NCBI GenBank assembly: GCA_002269645.1
Contig: NIVC01001480.1
Location: 1-64,000, forward strand
DNA from: Macrostomum lignano
Lineage: Eukaryota
Direction of reading: 5' to 3'
Length of the DNA: 64,000 nt
Positions 1 through 13,681 of this stretch are shown here, in pieces. The notes beneath the pieces were generated by a model. It worked only from the letters and a program-made list of their open reading frames with translations, was not told where the DNA came from and ran no database searches. The position numbers and the translations under genes were made by a program. Position 1 is the stretch's first letter, and each line of letters opens with the position of its first letter.

Positions 1-157
1 TTTCTTCCCGCCTTCGGCCCCGCTTTTTAAATATGCAAATTCTTATGGCCTGTGTTTTTTGTATCCGCTTTGCAGACACGTGTTGCTAGTTCATCGGCCC
101 TCCTGGGGCAGTCGTATTAGTTTGTTTTAAGCAGCCGTTTGCTCATTCAGGACCTGC

Positions 158-789
<632 letters not shown>

Positions 790-1180
790 ATGTACCAATC
801 AACCAATCTCTTTATGCGTCACCATGTGTATGCACACCTTTACTCGTCTCATGTCCGCTTGCTCACTTTCCTCTCCTCCCCTTGCCTTCCCTGCGCGTGT
901 CTCCTTTATCCTTTGTGCTTGCTTTGCCCTTGTTGTCACGCGCTGGCCCAGGGGTGAGGGTCGGTTCGCCCAGCTTGCTCATTCGTACTCAGTGCAGCCG
1001 GAACCGAGAGCCATCATATTATTTTGGCTACATGTGCAGCTTCACTGCTCCCCCCTCTACAGATGACGGACGGAGCTGAGACTGGGTGGGGAACCAGCTA
1101 ATGGGAGACTGAGGGGCTTGCAGAGGCCGTGGCCCAGCTCGTCATCGCGCAAATATAATTGCGCTGCCGGCCGAATTTGC

Positions 1181-1218
<38 letters not shown>

Positions 1219-1459
1219 TTTCCGCAGTGTCGGACCTCCCTCCAAGGCTCTAAACATCCTCCCCATCCGCCTCCCAACAAATCCCTTAGGTGCTGATTAG
1301 CGTGAATAGGATGCAGGGCCCCAGTAGCCGGGGCGCATGCGAGAGGACCGGATCAATTTCTTCTCCTCTGTTTTTTGCCCGACTCCAATCCTGCCGCTCC
1401 CTGTCCTGCGCTGTGTCACCCGGACTCGTCCCCCCCCCCTCCCAACTTCTGAGCCTCAG

Positions 1460-2285
<826 letters not shown>

Positions 2286-2976
2286 ATCTTTATGTATGTC
2301 CTAATATCTGACTTTCTATGGGTCTAACTGTTTAGTTGGCACCTGTAGACGTTCTGTTTAATCCCCTAGCATCGCAAGTCCCACTGCACTATTCCATCCA
2401 CAGTGTCTCTTTTTGCCTACTTAGCCCGTAAGCCGAGCCAGCTAATCTCCGTTATTGTGCTTTAAGGGCCAATTCAAAGCAGTAGGCCACAGCTTCATCA
2501 GGCTTAGGAGCAGAAATGCCCCTCTTCCCACTATTTTCCCTCCCTAATCCTCTTCGGCAAAAATTTGCGCGCTCAGGCGAACGGCTAGACAAGAAACTTG
2601 GAATTCCGCTGGGTGCAATTCAGGACACAAACTTGGCTTTAGCCTGCAGTATTGATTATTCTGTCTCTCACAATGCTTTATTATAGGTAGCCATGCCTGC
2701 TAATATCTTTGTTGATAAAGATTTATTGTCGTCAATTCGGGTATGATCTACTATTGAGCTGACATTTTTGTTAATAAGGCAGCCAGTATTCGAAATTAGA
2801 CTGCGTTCTTATGACCGAGTTCGTCATCAATTAAAGCTTGCTTTTCGGTTGTTCTTAAGTCCTTCTGATCCCTCACGGTTTGGCTCATAATTTCGATTGA
2901 ACTTAGCCAGGGAATTCGTTCGATAGCTTTTCTTGTAAATTCCTTGTTCATTACTTCTAACTGGAGTTCTGTGGGG

Positions 2977-3697
2977 ATTTCAATAATCATAACTCGAGTT
3001 TTTATGGGGATTTCAATAATCATAACTCGAGTTTTTATGGGGATTTCAATAATCATAACTCGAGTTTTTATGGGGATTTCAATAATCATAACTCGAGTTT
3101 TTATGGGATTTCAATAATCATACCTTGAGCTTTATGGGGATTTCAAAAATCATAACTCGAGTTTCTATGGGGATTTCAATAATAATAACTCGAGTTTTTA
3201 TGGGATTTCAATTATCATACCTTGAGCTTTATGGGGATTTCAATTATCATAACTCGAATTTTTATGGGATTTTAATAATCATAACTCGAGTTTTTATGGG
3301 ATTTCAATAATCATACCTTGAGCTTTATGGGGATATCAATTATCATAACTCGAGTTTTATGGGGATTTCAATTATCATAACTCGAGTTTTTATGGGATTT
3401 CAATTATCATAACTCGAGTTTTTATGGGATTTCAAAAATCATACCTTGAGCTTTATGGGGATTTCAAAAATCATAACTCGAGTTTTATGGGGATTTCAAT
3501 TATCATAACTCGAGTTTTTATGGGATTTCAATAATCATAACTCGAGTTTTTATGGGGATTTCAATAATCGTAACTCTAGTTTTTATGGGGATTTCAATTA
3601 TCATAACTCGAGTTTTTATGGGGATTTCACTAATCATAACTCGAATTTTTATGGGGATTTAAATAATCATAACTCGAGTTTTATGGGGATTTCAATT
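2977..3697. repeat. ~33-bp minisatellite GGGGATTTCAATAATCATAACTCGAGTTTTTAT, ~22 copies
   Basis: Direct reading; ends ~60 nt before the 3759 acceptor. Confidence 0.95.
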
Positions 3698-3758
3698 TCG
3701 GGATTTGAAGACAAACAACTTGCCCCCCCCTCCTCAACCCCGCTGTTCCGGCCTGCAG

Positions 3759-3911
3759 CCACCTGCAGGACAGTCTCGCCGCGCCGCTCTCGGAGCGCCT
3801 GGAGTCGTGGCGCCGCCAGACCCAGCAGCTCGAGAAGGAGCGCCACCGCGAGCTCAAGCGACTTCGCGCCGATGCAAAACGGTCGGCAGGCAGCGGCGGC
3901 AGCGTCATCTA

Positions 3912-3944
<33 letters not shown>

Positions 3945-6900
3945 TTCCGGCGAATCGACTCTGCGACTTGGCCGGCGACGTCGCCAATCGTCCGGCAGTC
4001 AGCTGATGGACAGCGGCCAGCTCGAGCGCGCCCTGGCCGACTCGCTGCGCTGGCAGGAGCGTCAGCTGACCGTCGAGAGACACTGGCTGCGTCTGGCCCG
4101 TCAGGAGGGCCGCTCGCGCTTGGCCTGCTTCCTGGCCTGTCTGAAGCCCGGCCTGGACCTTCTTGGCGGACTGGCCGACGAGTTCGGACACCTGCGCGAC
4201 TTGGCCGACCGAATGTCCGGCCTCACCAACTGTTGCGCCGACGACGGGTCCGACGCGTCCGCCGCTGCCGCTTCCGCCGCGTTCAATGCCGCCACAGGCC
4301 CGCCGAAAATGTCCAGCGGCGGCTGTCAAAGGCGGAGCTTCAGCCCGGCGCCCAGCGTCAATTCTCACGGTGAGTCTCGGGGAGAGTCCTTCGATCTGAC
4401 CGCTAGTCGAGGGCTCCCTTTGATCTGACCGCTAGTCGAGGGCTTCCTTTGATCTGACCGCTAGTCGAGGGCTTTCTTTGATCTGACCGCTAGTCGAGGG
4501 TTCCCTTTGATCTGACCGCTAGTCGAGGGTTCCCTTTGATCTGACCGCTAGTGCGAGGGTTCCCTTTGATCTGACCGCTAGTGCGAGGGTTCCCTTTGGT
4601 CTGACCGCTAGTGCGAGGGGCGCCTTTGATCTGACCGCTCCGTTTAATCTGACCGCTAGTGCGAGGGGCGCCTTTGATCTGACCGCTCCGTTTAATCTGA
4701 CCGCTAGTGCGAGGGTTCCCTTTGATCTGACCGCTAGTGCGAGGGTTCCCTTTGGTCTGACCGCTAGTGCGAGGGGCGCCTTTGATCTGACCGCTCCGTT
4801 TAATCTGACCGCTAGTGCGAGGGGCGCCTTTGATCTGACCGCTCCGTTTAATCTGACCGCTAGTGCGAGGGTTCCCTTTGATCTGACCGCTAGTGCGAGG
4901 GTTCCCTTTGATCTGACCGCTAGTGCGAGGGTTCCCTTTGATCTGACCGCTAGTGCGAGGGTTCCCTTTGATCTGACCGCTAGTGCGAGGGTTCCCTTTG
5001 ATCTGACCGCTTGTGCGAGGGCTCCCTTTAAATTTAAGTGCTCTGAAACCTAAACTGCGAGATGGAGGAATTTTATTAAATATGAAAATGAAGGTGAAAG
5101 TTTTTATGCAGCATGTTTTGCGTATTACGGTTCAAAAAAGTTCACACGGACTGTATGAGCGGATTAAAAAACTTTTGCGCAATTTTGCAGTTCTAACACA
5201 ATAAATCTTCTTCGCTTCCTGATTAATTAATCAACTTTTCATGCACCTAGTCGACTAAGTTTCCTTCTAAGGTGTGGACTAAATTCGTCCATACCACTGG
5301 AGTGACTCTCCAGCAGCGGGTCGGAAGTGACTCTTAATAAAGGAACGGGTCAGGAGTGACTCTCAAGCAGGGAGCGGGTCAGGAGTGACTCTCAAGCAGG
5401 AAGCGGGTCAGGAGTAACTCTCAATAAAGGAGTGGGTCAGGAGTGACTCTCAAGCAGGGAGCGGGTCAGGAGTGACTCTCAAGCAGGGAGCGGGTCAGGA
5501 GTGACTCTCAAGCAGGGAGCGGGTCAGGAGTGACTCTCAAGCAGGGAGCGGGTCAGGAGTGACTCTCAAGCAGGGAGCGGGTCAGGAGTGACTCTCAAGC
5601 AGGGAGCGGGTCAGGAGTGACTCTCAAGCAGGGAGCGGGTCAGGAGTGACTCTCAAGCAGGGAGCGGGTCAGGAGTGACTCTCAAGCAGCGAGCGGGTCA
5701 GGAGTGACTTTCAAGCAGGGAGTGGGTCAGGAGTGACTCTCAAGCAGGGAGCGGGTCAGGAGTGACTCTCAAGCAGGGAATGAGTCAGGAGTGACTCTCA
5801 AGCAGCGAGCGGGTCAGGAGTGACTCTCAAGCAGGGAGCGGGTCAGGAGTGACTCTCAAGCAGGGAGCGGGTCAGGAGTGACTCTCAAGCAGCGAGCGGG
5901 TCAGGAGTGACTTTCAAGCAGGGAGTGGGTCAGGAGTGACTTTCAAGCAGGGAGTGGGTCAGGAAGTGACTCTCAAGCAGGGAGTGGGTCAGGAGTGACT
6001 CTCAAGCAGGGAATGAGTCAGGAGTGACTCTCAAGCAGGGAGTGGGTCAGGAGTGACTCTCAAGCAGGGAGTGGGTCAGGAGTGACTCTCAAGCAGGGAA
6101 TGAGTCAGGAGTGACTCTCAAGCAGGGAGTGGGTCAGGAGTGACTCTCAAGCAGGGAATGAGTCAGGAGTGACTCTCAAGCAGGGAATGAGTCAGGAGTG
6201 ACTTTCAATAAAGCAGCGGGTCAGGAGTGACTCTCAAGCAGGGAGTGGGTCAGGAAGTGACTCTCAAGCAGGGAGTGGGTCAGGAGTGACTCTCAAGCAG
6301 GGAATGAGTCAGGAGTGACTCTCAAGCAGGGAATGAGTCAGGAGTGACTCTCAAGCAGGGAATGAGTCAGGAGTGACTTTCAATAAAGCAGCGGGTCAGG
6401 AGTGACTCTCAAGCAGGGAGTGGGTCAGGAAGTGACTCTCAAGCAGGGAGTGGGTCAGGAGTGACTCTCAAGCAGGGAATGAGTCAGGAGTGACTCTCAA
6501 GCAGGGAATGAGTCAGGAGTGACTTTCAATAAAGCAGCGGGTCAGGAGTGACTCTCAAGCAGGGAATGAGTCAGGAGTGACTCTCAAGCAGGGAATGAGT
6601 CAGGAGTGACTTTCAATAAAGCAGCGGGTCAGGAGTGACTCTCAAGCAGGGAATGAGTCAGGAGTGACTCTCAAGCAGGGAGTTGGTCAGGAGTGACTCT
6701 CAAGCAGGGAATGAGTCAGGAGTGACTTTCAAATAAAGCAGCGGGTCAGGAGTGACTCTCAATATAGGAGCGGGTCAGGAGTGACTCTCAAGCAGGGACT
6801 GAATTTGAATACGATAAGAAGTTTCATTACCATTTCAAAAATAGAAAACGCTCTAAAATTTTGCAGGTAGCGCAGAGTCCGACCTGTACGGCGCCATCGG

Positions 6901-8202
6901 CGGCTGCGGCTCCAGCATCTCCTCTTCATCTACTGTGCGCGCCGGCAGTGGCGCCGGGGTTAGCGGCGCTGTCCCGCTGGTGGGACTGATTGCTGGCTCA
7001 CGCCGAACTGGCAGCGGCGTCGGGGCCTCCTCTAGTGACAGCGGCTTCATCAGCCAGGTGAGTTTTTCAGCTCGAAAGGATTGTAGCTCTAGTGTGACTC
7101 TGGGGTGACTCTTGTGTGACTTTTTAACGACTGTTGAATCTATGAAATCAGATTCGCATTTCGCATTTATAACAACTCTATTTAGTCTACTTGAGTTAGT
7201 AGAATGTCAAGCGCTAACAGGGCAATTCTTGGACGACTTTTTGCGCCTCTTTTACGATTCTGCAACTCGCGTGACTCAACAGTCGCCTCTCCATCGCATT
7301 GCAGTCGGTTGAGTCGTTCAAAAGCCACACAAGAGTCGCCTCAGAGCCGCCTCAGAGTCGTGAGGCAGTTTTTATATTCGTGCATTTCTCAAATCAATAA
7401 GCGGGTTTGTTTCGTCACTTTTTAAACCAGGATCTTCGTCCAGCAACCGACGCTGTCGAAGGCGACCAAGAGAACGCCAACAGCGTCGCCGCTGATGCAG
7501 CCGCCGCCGTCGCCGACTCAGCCGACTATGCTGAAGCTGACGCCGCCTCGGTGACTTCGTCAACGTCGGCAACCAGCGATACGCCGGTGGCGGCGCCGCC
7601 AGCAAACGACGTCGACCAGGATGAGCCCAGACTCCGACATCCGCACAGGCAGCGGCAGCAGCAGCAGCAGCAGCTGTACCCGGACCAGAGTCTGCCAGCC
7701 CCGGCAGTCTACTCCAACCTCGGCGAATTGCAACGCAACGCCGCTCGGCGTCGAAAATTCTCGTTTTCATCGACTAGCAGCAGCTCCGCCGTGGCAGCCT
7801 CCACCACCGCTGCTACGGAGACTTCGCACTCGGTTGTCGCCGCGACTCCTCCACCGAGGCCGCCGCCGCCGCTGCCGCTGCCACCACCGCCGCCACCGCC
7901 GTCGAGTCTGTCCATGGCCGCCTCGTCGGCTTCAATGCTGCGCTCAGCCGGCGGCACGGCAACTCTGCGCCGGGCCTCCGTCGATTTCTCCTCGTCGGCC
8001 TACCTGACCGCCGTAGCCGCCGCCGCTGTCGCCTCAGCATCCTCTGCCGGATCGACATCGGCGTCGACTGCCGGAGTCGTCCCGGTTCCGCCGCCGACTG
8101 TGCCGTTCTGGCAGCGCCAGATCTCAGAGCCTCCGCCGCCGCCGCCTCCACCGCCTCCTCATAGCAACAGCCGCCTGCTCAGCAGTCAGAATCGGCGCTT
8201 CT

Positions 8203-8275
<73 letters not shown>

Positions 8276-8504
8276 GCAGCAACAGCAGCATTATCAGTCC
8301 TTGTCCTTCCGAAGATTCATCGGTTCGTTTGGATCTTCCTCCTCCGCTTCTTCATTCAGTGCTGGGCAGTCAGTTAGTAATAGCAACTATAGTACTAGCA
8401 GTTTTACTAATAGTAATAATAGTAGTAATAATAATAATATTAATAATATCAACGATGGCGCTTTGACACCAACGTCACCTCCGCCTCCGCCTCCTGGATT
8501 CTGA
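3759..8504 (+). CDS. MTSS1: MTSS1/MIM-like I-BAR (IMD) protein, 3' part. Exons 3759-4369, 6867-7057, 7431-8504; upstream exon(s) not identified
   Basis: Exon 3759-4369 reads HLQDSLAAPLSERLESWRRQTQQLEKERHRELKRLR...QLERALADSLRWQERQLTVERHWLRLARQEGRSRLACFLACLKPGL...GHLRDLADRMSGLT, which aligns by eye with IMD helices 3-4 of MTSS1 (LINPLQEQMEEWKK...ALIEERGRFCTFISMLRPV). Splicing 7057/7431 recreates SSDSGFISQD, the MTSS1 hallmark SHDSGFISQD. Junctions CACG|gtgagt, ttgcag|GTAGC, CAG|gtgagt and aaccag|GAT are frame-consistent. Confidence 0.85.
4393..5021. repeat. 29/30-bp minisatellite TTTGATCTGACCGCTAGT(G)CGAGGGTTCCC
   Basis: Direct reading; starts ~23 nt after the 4370 donor. Confidence 0.95.
5297..6798. 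repeat. 29-bp minisatellite GGGTCAGGAGTGACTCTCAAGCAGGGAGC, ~50 copies
   Basis: Direct reading; period 29 (5463 to 5492). Confidence 0.96.
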
Positions 8505-8727
8505 ATTTGATCGCTGATTTATTGACTGATTCTTTTAGTAGAAGAAGAATACGAAAATATGCCAGTCTAGCTTGTGTTTTCAGACCGCGCAGGTTGCGGC
8601 CTGTGTTTGCACCGGCAGTTTGAAAACCTTCTTTTGCCAATTCTTTGGACTATTTTGATCCATCTAATTCACCTAATAATCCGTGAAAGCTTGTAACATG
8701 CAGCTTCATTTTATTTGAATGTAGCTC

Positions 8728-9630
8728 TGTCTCTCGTGTCTCTCTTGTGCCTCTCTCGTGTCTCTCGTGTCTCTCTTGTGCCTCTCTCGTGTCTCTCGTG
8801 TCTCTCTCGTGCCTCTCTCGTGTCTCTCGTGTCTCTCTTGTGCCTCTCTCGTGTCCCTCGTGTCTCTCCTGTCTCGTGTCTCTCGCGTCTCTCGTATCTC
8901 TCGTGCCCCTCTCGTGTCTCTCTTGTGCCTCTCTCGTGTCTCTCGTGTCTCTCTCGTGCCTCTCTCGTGTCTCTCGTGTCTCTCTTGTGCCTCTCTCGTG
9001 TCTCTCGTGTCTCTCTCGTGCCTCTCTCGTGTCTCTCGTGTCTCTCTTGTGCCTCTCTCGTGTCCCTCGTGTCTCTCCTGTCTCGTGTCTCTCGCGTCTC
9101 TCGTATCTCTCGTGCCCCTCTCGTGTCTCTCTTGTGCCTCTCTCGTGTCTCTCGTGTCTCTCTCGTGCCTCTCTCGTGTCTCTCGTGTCTCTCTTGTGCC
9201 TCTCTCGTGTCTCTCGTGTCTCTCTCGTGCCTCTCTCGTGTCTCTCGTGTCTCTCTTGTGCCTCTCTCGTGTCCCTCGTGTCTCTCCTGTCTCGTGTCTC
9301 TCGCGTCTCTCGTATCTCTCGTGCCCCTCTCGTGTCTCTCGTATCTCTCCTGTCTCGCTCGTGTCTCTCGTGTCTCTCTTGTGCCTCTCTCGTGTCTCTC
9401 ATATCTCTCGTGTCTCTCGTGTCTCTCGTATCTCTCGTGTCTCTCGTATCTCTCGTATCTCTCTCGTGTCTTTCTAGTGTCTCTCGTATCTCTCGTGTCT
9501 CTCGTGTCTCTCGTGTCTCTCGTATCTCTCGTATCTCTCTCGTGTCTCTCTAGTGTCTCTCGTATCTCTCGTGTCTCTCGTATCTCTTGTGTCTCTCGTA
9601 TCTCTCGTATCTCTCGTGTCTCTTGTGCCT
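8728..9630. repeat. CTCGTGTCT-based compound array with a 209-bp higher-order repeat
   Basis: The marker GTGTCCCTCG recurs at 8851, 9060 and 9269. Confidence 0.95.
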
Positions 9631-10112
9631 CTGCTGTCTTTGGTTGTCTTTGGTATCCAGTGATGTCTGCTCAAAATTCGCACCTGATCTGTGTATTTAT
9701 ACGTAGCTTTTTATTTCAATTTACTAATTAATGTCCACACAGTCATATCATATAATCAATGCGGATATAAGTATCAGGCAAAAGTTGATTTGTGGTCTTG
9801 AACAGTTGTTAAAATTATTTTATGCTAATAGTTATTGGTTAGATAGTGTACAAACTCTATCTACTAGTTCCTGTTTGTAGTTAACTGTGTTTTCTTTGCT
9901 TAGCATAATTGAAATAATTCAATTCCTTCTATTAACTGCACTTCTCGCTTTCTCGAATCTAAATTCAAGTTTTTTGTTCAATCAATAATGCATTTTTGAG
10001 TGTACTTTCTTATTTCTAATCATATTTATTAGGCTATGCACTTTTACACGTGCCGGGGGCATTTTTAAAGGAATCTCTTTAATCTGTATTTGGTATTCAC
10101 GTAATTATTACA

Positions 10113-10706
10113 ATCCATTGGGCAGGGGGTAGCTGGGTATCTACAATCCATAGGGCAGTGGGTAGCTGGGTATCTACAATCCATAGGGCAGTGGGTAGCT
10201 GGGTATTCACAATCCATAGAGCAGTGGGTAGCTGGGTAGCTACAATCCATAGGGCAGTGGGTAGCTGAGTATCTACAATCCATAGGGCAGTGGGTAGCTG
10301 GGTATCTACAATCCATAGGGCAGTGGGTAGCTGGGTATTCACAATCCATAGAGCAGTGGGTAGCTGGGTAGCTACAATCCATAGGGCAGGGGGTAGCTGG
10401 GTATCTACAATCCATAGAGCAGTGGGTAGCTGGGTAGCTACAATCCATAGGGCAGGGGGTAGCTGGGTATCTACAATCCATAGAGCAGTGGGTAGCTGGG
10501 TATCTACAATCCATAGAGCAGGGGGTAGCTGGGTATCTACAATCCATAGGGCAGGGGGTAGCTGGGTATTCACAATCCATAGAGCAGTGGGTAGCTGGGT
10601 ATCTACAATCCATAGAGCAGTGGGTAGCTGGGTATCTACAATCCATAGAGCAGGGGGTAGCTGGGTATCTACAATCCATAGGGCAGGGGGTAGCTGGGTA
10701 TCTACC
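10113..10706. repeat. 33-bp minisatellite TACAATCCATAGGGCAGTGGGTAGCTGGGTATC, ~18 copies
   Basis: Direct reading. Confidence 0.96.
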
Positions 10707-10772
10707 AACAAGGATCGCGGCAGATCCATTCGTATTTTCTATTTTTTCTTATTTTGTTTTTTCTCTAAAAGA

Positions 10773-11060
10773 GGGGTTGTACCTAGTGGTAAGCTAGCAT
10801 CGAAATCACGACTTGAAAGTCGGTGGGTTCGATTCTCGACGAAGTCGGAACAATTTGTGTCCTTGAGCAAGACACTTAACTCTATAAAAATGGGTGCCAG
10901 CATTAGCTGGGGCAATTGAGGGTGTGTGTGGCGACCCCCCAGTCCTTGGACTGAACAGCCGTACGCAGCCTTCAGATGCGCTGAGCAATAGCTGTGGCTG
11001 AGCTGTCGGTTGCACATCTGCCCATTGGGCCAGGTGTAATCAGTTATTATTGTTATTATT
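10773..11060 (+). mobile_element. tRNA-headed CORE-SINE (full length, internal CORE deletion)
   Basis: A-box-like TACCTAGTGG, B-box GGTTCGATTCT, then GTGTCCTTGAGCAAGACACTTAAC...AAAATGGG, a tail shared with the 12916 copy, and a TTATTATT end. Confidence 0.8.
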
Positions 11061-11602
11061 TTATCCAAATTTGTTACAAATGTGCATTACAACTGTCTAC
11101 AAAAATCTACCTCATTTTGATGCGGCGGAATCTTCAATCATTTACTATGTTCGAATTAAAATAATTTTTGCTGTAGTAGTTCATATTTATTCATTACTTT
11201 TTGCTTTTTGAGCCGCATTTTGCAACAAAGTTTCTGCACTGCGCTGCATCTCTGCAATCATCGTGCAATCATATCTCATCATTTTTATCAGAGAAAAATT
11301 CACAATTTCAAATTAGTTGCTTTAACATAAAAATGCAAACTTTTTCTTTTTTCTCACGAACGTTTTTCACGTGCATATTTTATCATCCTTTCTACTTGCA
11401 GTAGCTTAAAAGTGAATGTTGAACAAATTCTAGATTTTTTAATCCCTCGTTTTTTGTTCATGTTCAATGTTGAATCAGAATATATTGTGCACTGTGTTCA
11501 GGATTATAGCATTGTTTGTGCTTAGTGACTCTGTTGGTTCGATCCATAAATCATTTGGGATGTTCTTTCTTGCTTCACGTGATTTACTTGCGCTTCAGGC
11601 AT

Positions 11603-12112
11603 GCCAGATCCCCAGTTGCTGGGCCAGCCTCCCAGATCCTCAGTTGCTGGGCCAGCCTCCCAGATCCCCAGTTGCTGGGCCAGCCTCCCAGATCCTCAGT
11701 TGCCGGGCCAGCCTCCCAGATCCTCAGTTGCCGGGCCAGCCTCCCAGATCCCCAGTTGCTGGGCCATCCTCCCAGATCCTCAGTTGCTGGGCCAGCCTCC
11801 CAGATCCTCAGTTGCTGGGCCAGCCTCCTAGATCCCCAGTTGCCGGGCCAGCCTCCTAGATCCCCAGTTGCTGGGCCAGCCTCCCAGATCCTCAGTTGCT
11901 GGGCCAGCCTCCCAGATCCCCAGTTGCTGGGCCAGCCTCCCAGATCCCCAGTTGCTGGGCCAGCCTCCCAAATCCTCAGTTGCTTGGCCAGCCTCCCAGA
12001 TCCTCAGTTGCTGGACCAGCCTCCCAGATCCTCAGTTGCTGGGCCAGCCTCCCAAATCCCCAGTTGCTTGGCCAGCCTCCCAGATCCTCAGTTGCTGAGC
12101 CGCCACCAGCCT
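11603..12112. repeat. 28-bp minisatellite CAGATCCTCAGTTGCTGGGCCAGCCTCC, ~18 copies
   Basis: Direct reading. Confidence 0.96.
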
Positions 12113-12915
12113 CCCATTCGGAGTACAGGCTGCCCATTCTGAATAATAGGGGAGAAATGTCTATCAGGCATTAGTATCGAGTAAGATTTTATCAGTGAGT
12201 TTGCTTGATATCTACATGTATTATCACTGTGACCTAGTTTTCTGCATGCCAAAAAAGAGAAAAAAGGTTTATTATATCTATTGCATTAGCTCTATGACTG
12301 TGTAATTTCTACAGTAGCACTCGCAGTAATTGGGTTGCTCAGAGAGGCGGTATATTCAGGCACAGAGCGCAGACTGAAATGCAGCAGTGGATTTACACTG
12401 CGCATCTGCGTGTTTTTAGTAGTACGAGGTTAGAATTTGATCATGCCGTTAGATAACAGTTCGTCACCTGTGTGAACCTGGTTCTCTCTATCTTATCAGC
12501 TGCATGTGTGGATCGGAGTTTGAACACACACACCTTTGACACTGCGTCTCGGGTTAACAAAAAGAGGTTCTTGAATGAGATTTTTTCTATATAAAGCTGG
12601 CCTCTAGGAGCAGAAAAAAAGCATTTGCAGAAATGATTTTTAATAGGTTTAACCATTGCGATTAGTTCTGCATCTGGTCTGCTTTGATCGCTGAGTTTCC
12701 GGTGAGTTGAGTCATCTGAGAAAGCTGGCTGATATATTGAAATAGTCGATTTTTATTTACTTTATTATTATCAAAGACAATCAGCTGATAATATTCTTCC
12801 AGCCTACTCATAGTAGAATCTGCTAGAATGTCGCTCTTTGCTAATAAAATTTAATATAATATTAATATCGCGATTGATTGAATCTGAGCAGATGGAAAAA
12901 GTGTTTTCAATTCAA

Positions 12916-13129
12916 GAACAATTAGTGTCCTTGAGCAAGACACTTCACTCAGCATTGCTTCAGTTTCACCCGGCTGTAAAATGGGTGCCAGCATTAGCTG
13001 GGGTGATTGAGGGTGTGTGTCCTTGAACTGAACAGCCGTACGCAGCCTTCAGGTGCGCCGGGCAATAGCTGCGACTGAGCTGTCGGCTGCACATCTGCCC
13101 GTTAGGCCAGGTGTAATGGGTTATTATTA
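12916..13129 (+). mobile_element. 5'-truncated CORE-SINE copy
   Basis: GTGTCCTTGAGCAAGACACTTCACTCAGCATTGCTTCAGTTTCACCCGGCTGTAAAATGGG resembles the MIR CORE domain; the 3' tail is near-identical to 10880-11060. Confidence 0.8.
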
Positions 13130-13681
13130 ATAGCTCGTAAAATCAAAGTTATACATTTAACAGAAAGAGTCAGTACAGCTTCTAGGGGTCCATGCTTAAA
13201 CCCTAACTTCAACCCTAAACCTAAACATAGTCCTAGCCCTAACCCTAACCTTAGACCCGGCTCATCTCTGAGGATGGGCTGACAGGCTGCGTACGTACTA
13301 TATTCAATCATTCCACTGCTCGCGCTAATCAATAATTCTATCTGCAGCCTCCCCAAGCGCCTGCTCCATCAAAATTTGAAGACAAACAGGACAAAAAATT
13401 TATGAAAAAAATTGTGAGCCTTTAGTTCTAGCCGCTATTCAAATCAGCAGCTGATGGATGAGGACGAAATTGCAGTCAGAAAAATTTACAGCAACAAACT
13501 GCGCGCTGAGGAGGCTGCGGGCTCCGCGTTGGAGTTGTCCCTTCCCCAAAAGTTTTACGATGTTAGAAACAACAGAAAAAATGAGAGACTGGCAAAAATT
13601 AAATTGAATTTTTTTAGCTCTAAAGTTTTTATACGAAAGGGCTTAGTTAAAAATTGAAGCATCATTTCTTAGATTTGAAGT

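Noticed and set aside
1040-1175. Upstream IMD exon of MTSS1 (LAEAVAQLVIAQ)
   Set aside because: There is an in-frame stop, no suitable phase-2 donor and no convincing similarity.
13454-13657. ORF MDEDEIAVRK as a first Kv2 exon
   Set aside because: No recognisable homology and no good donor; it cannot be supported without RNA data.
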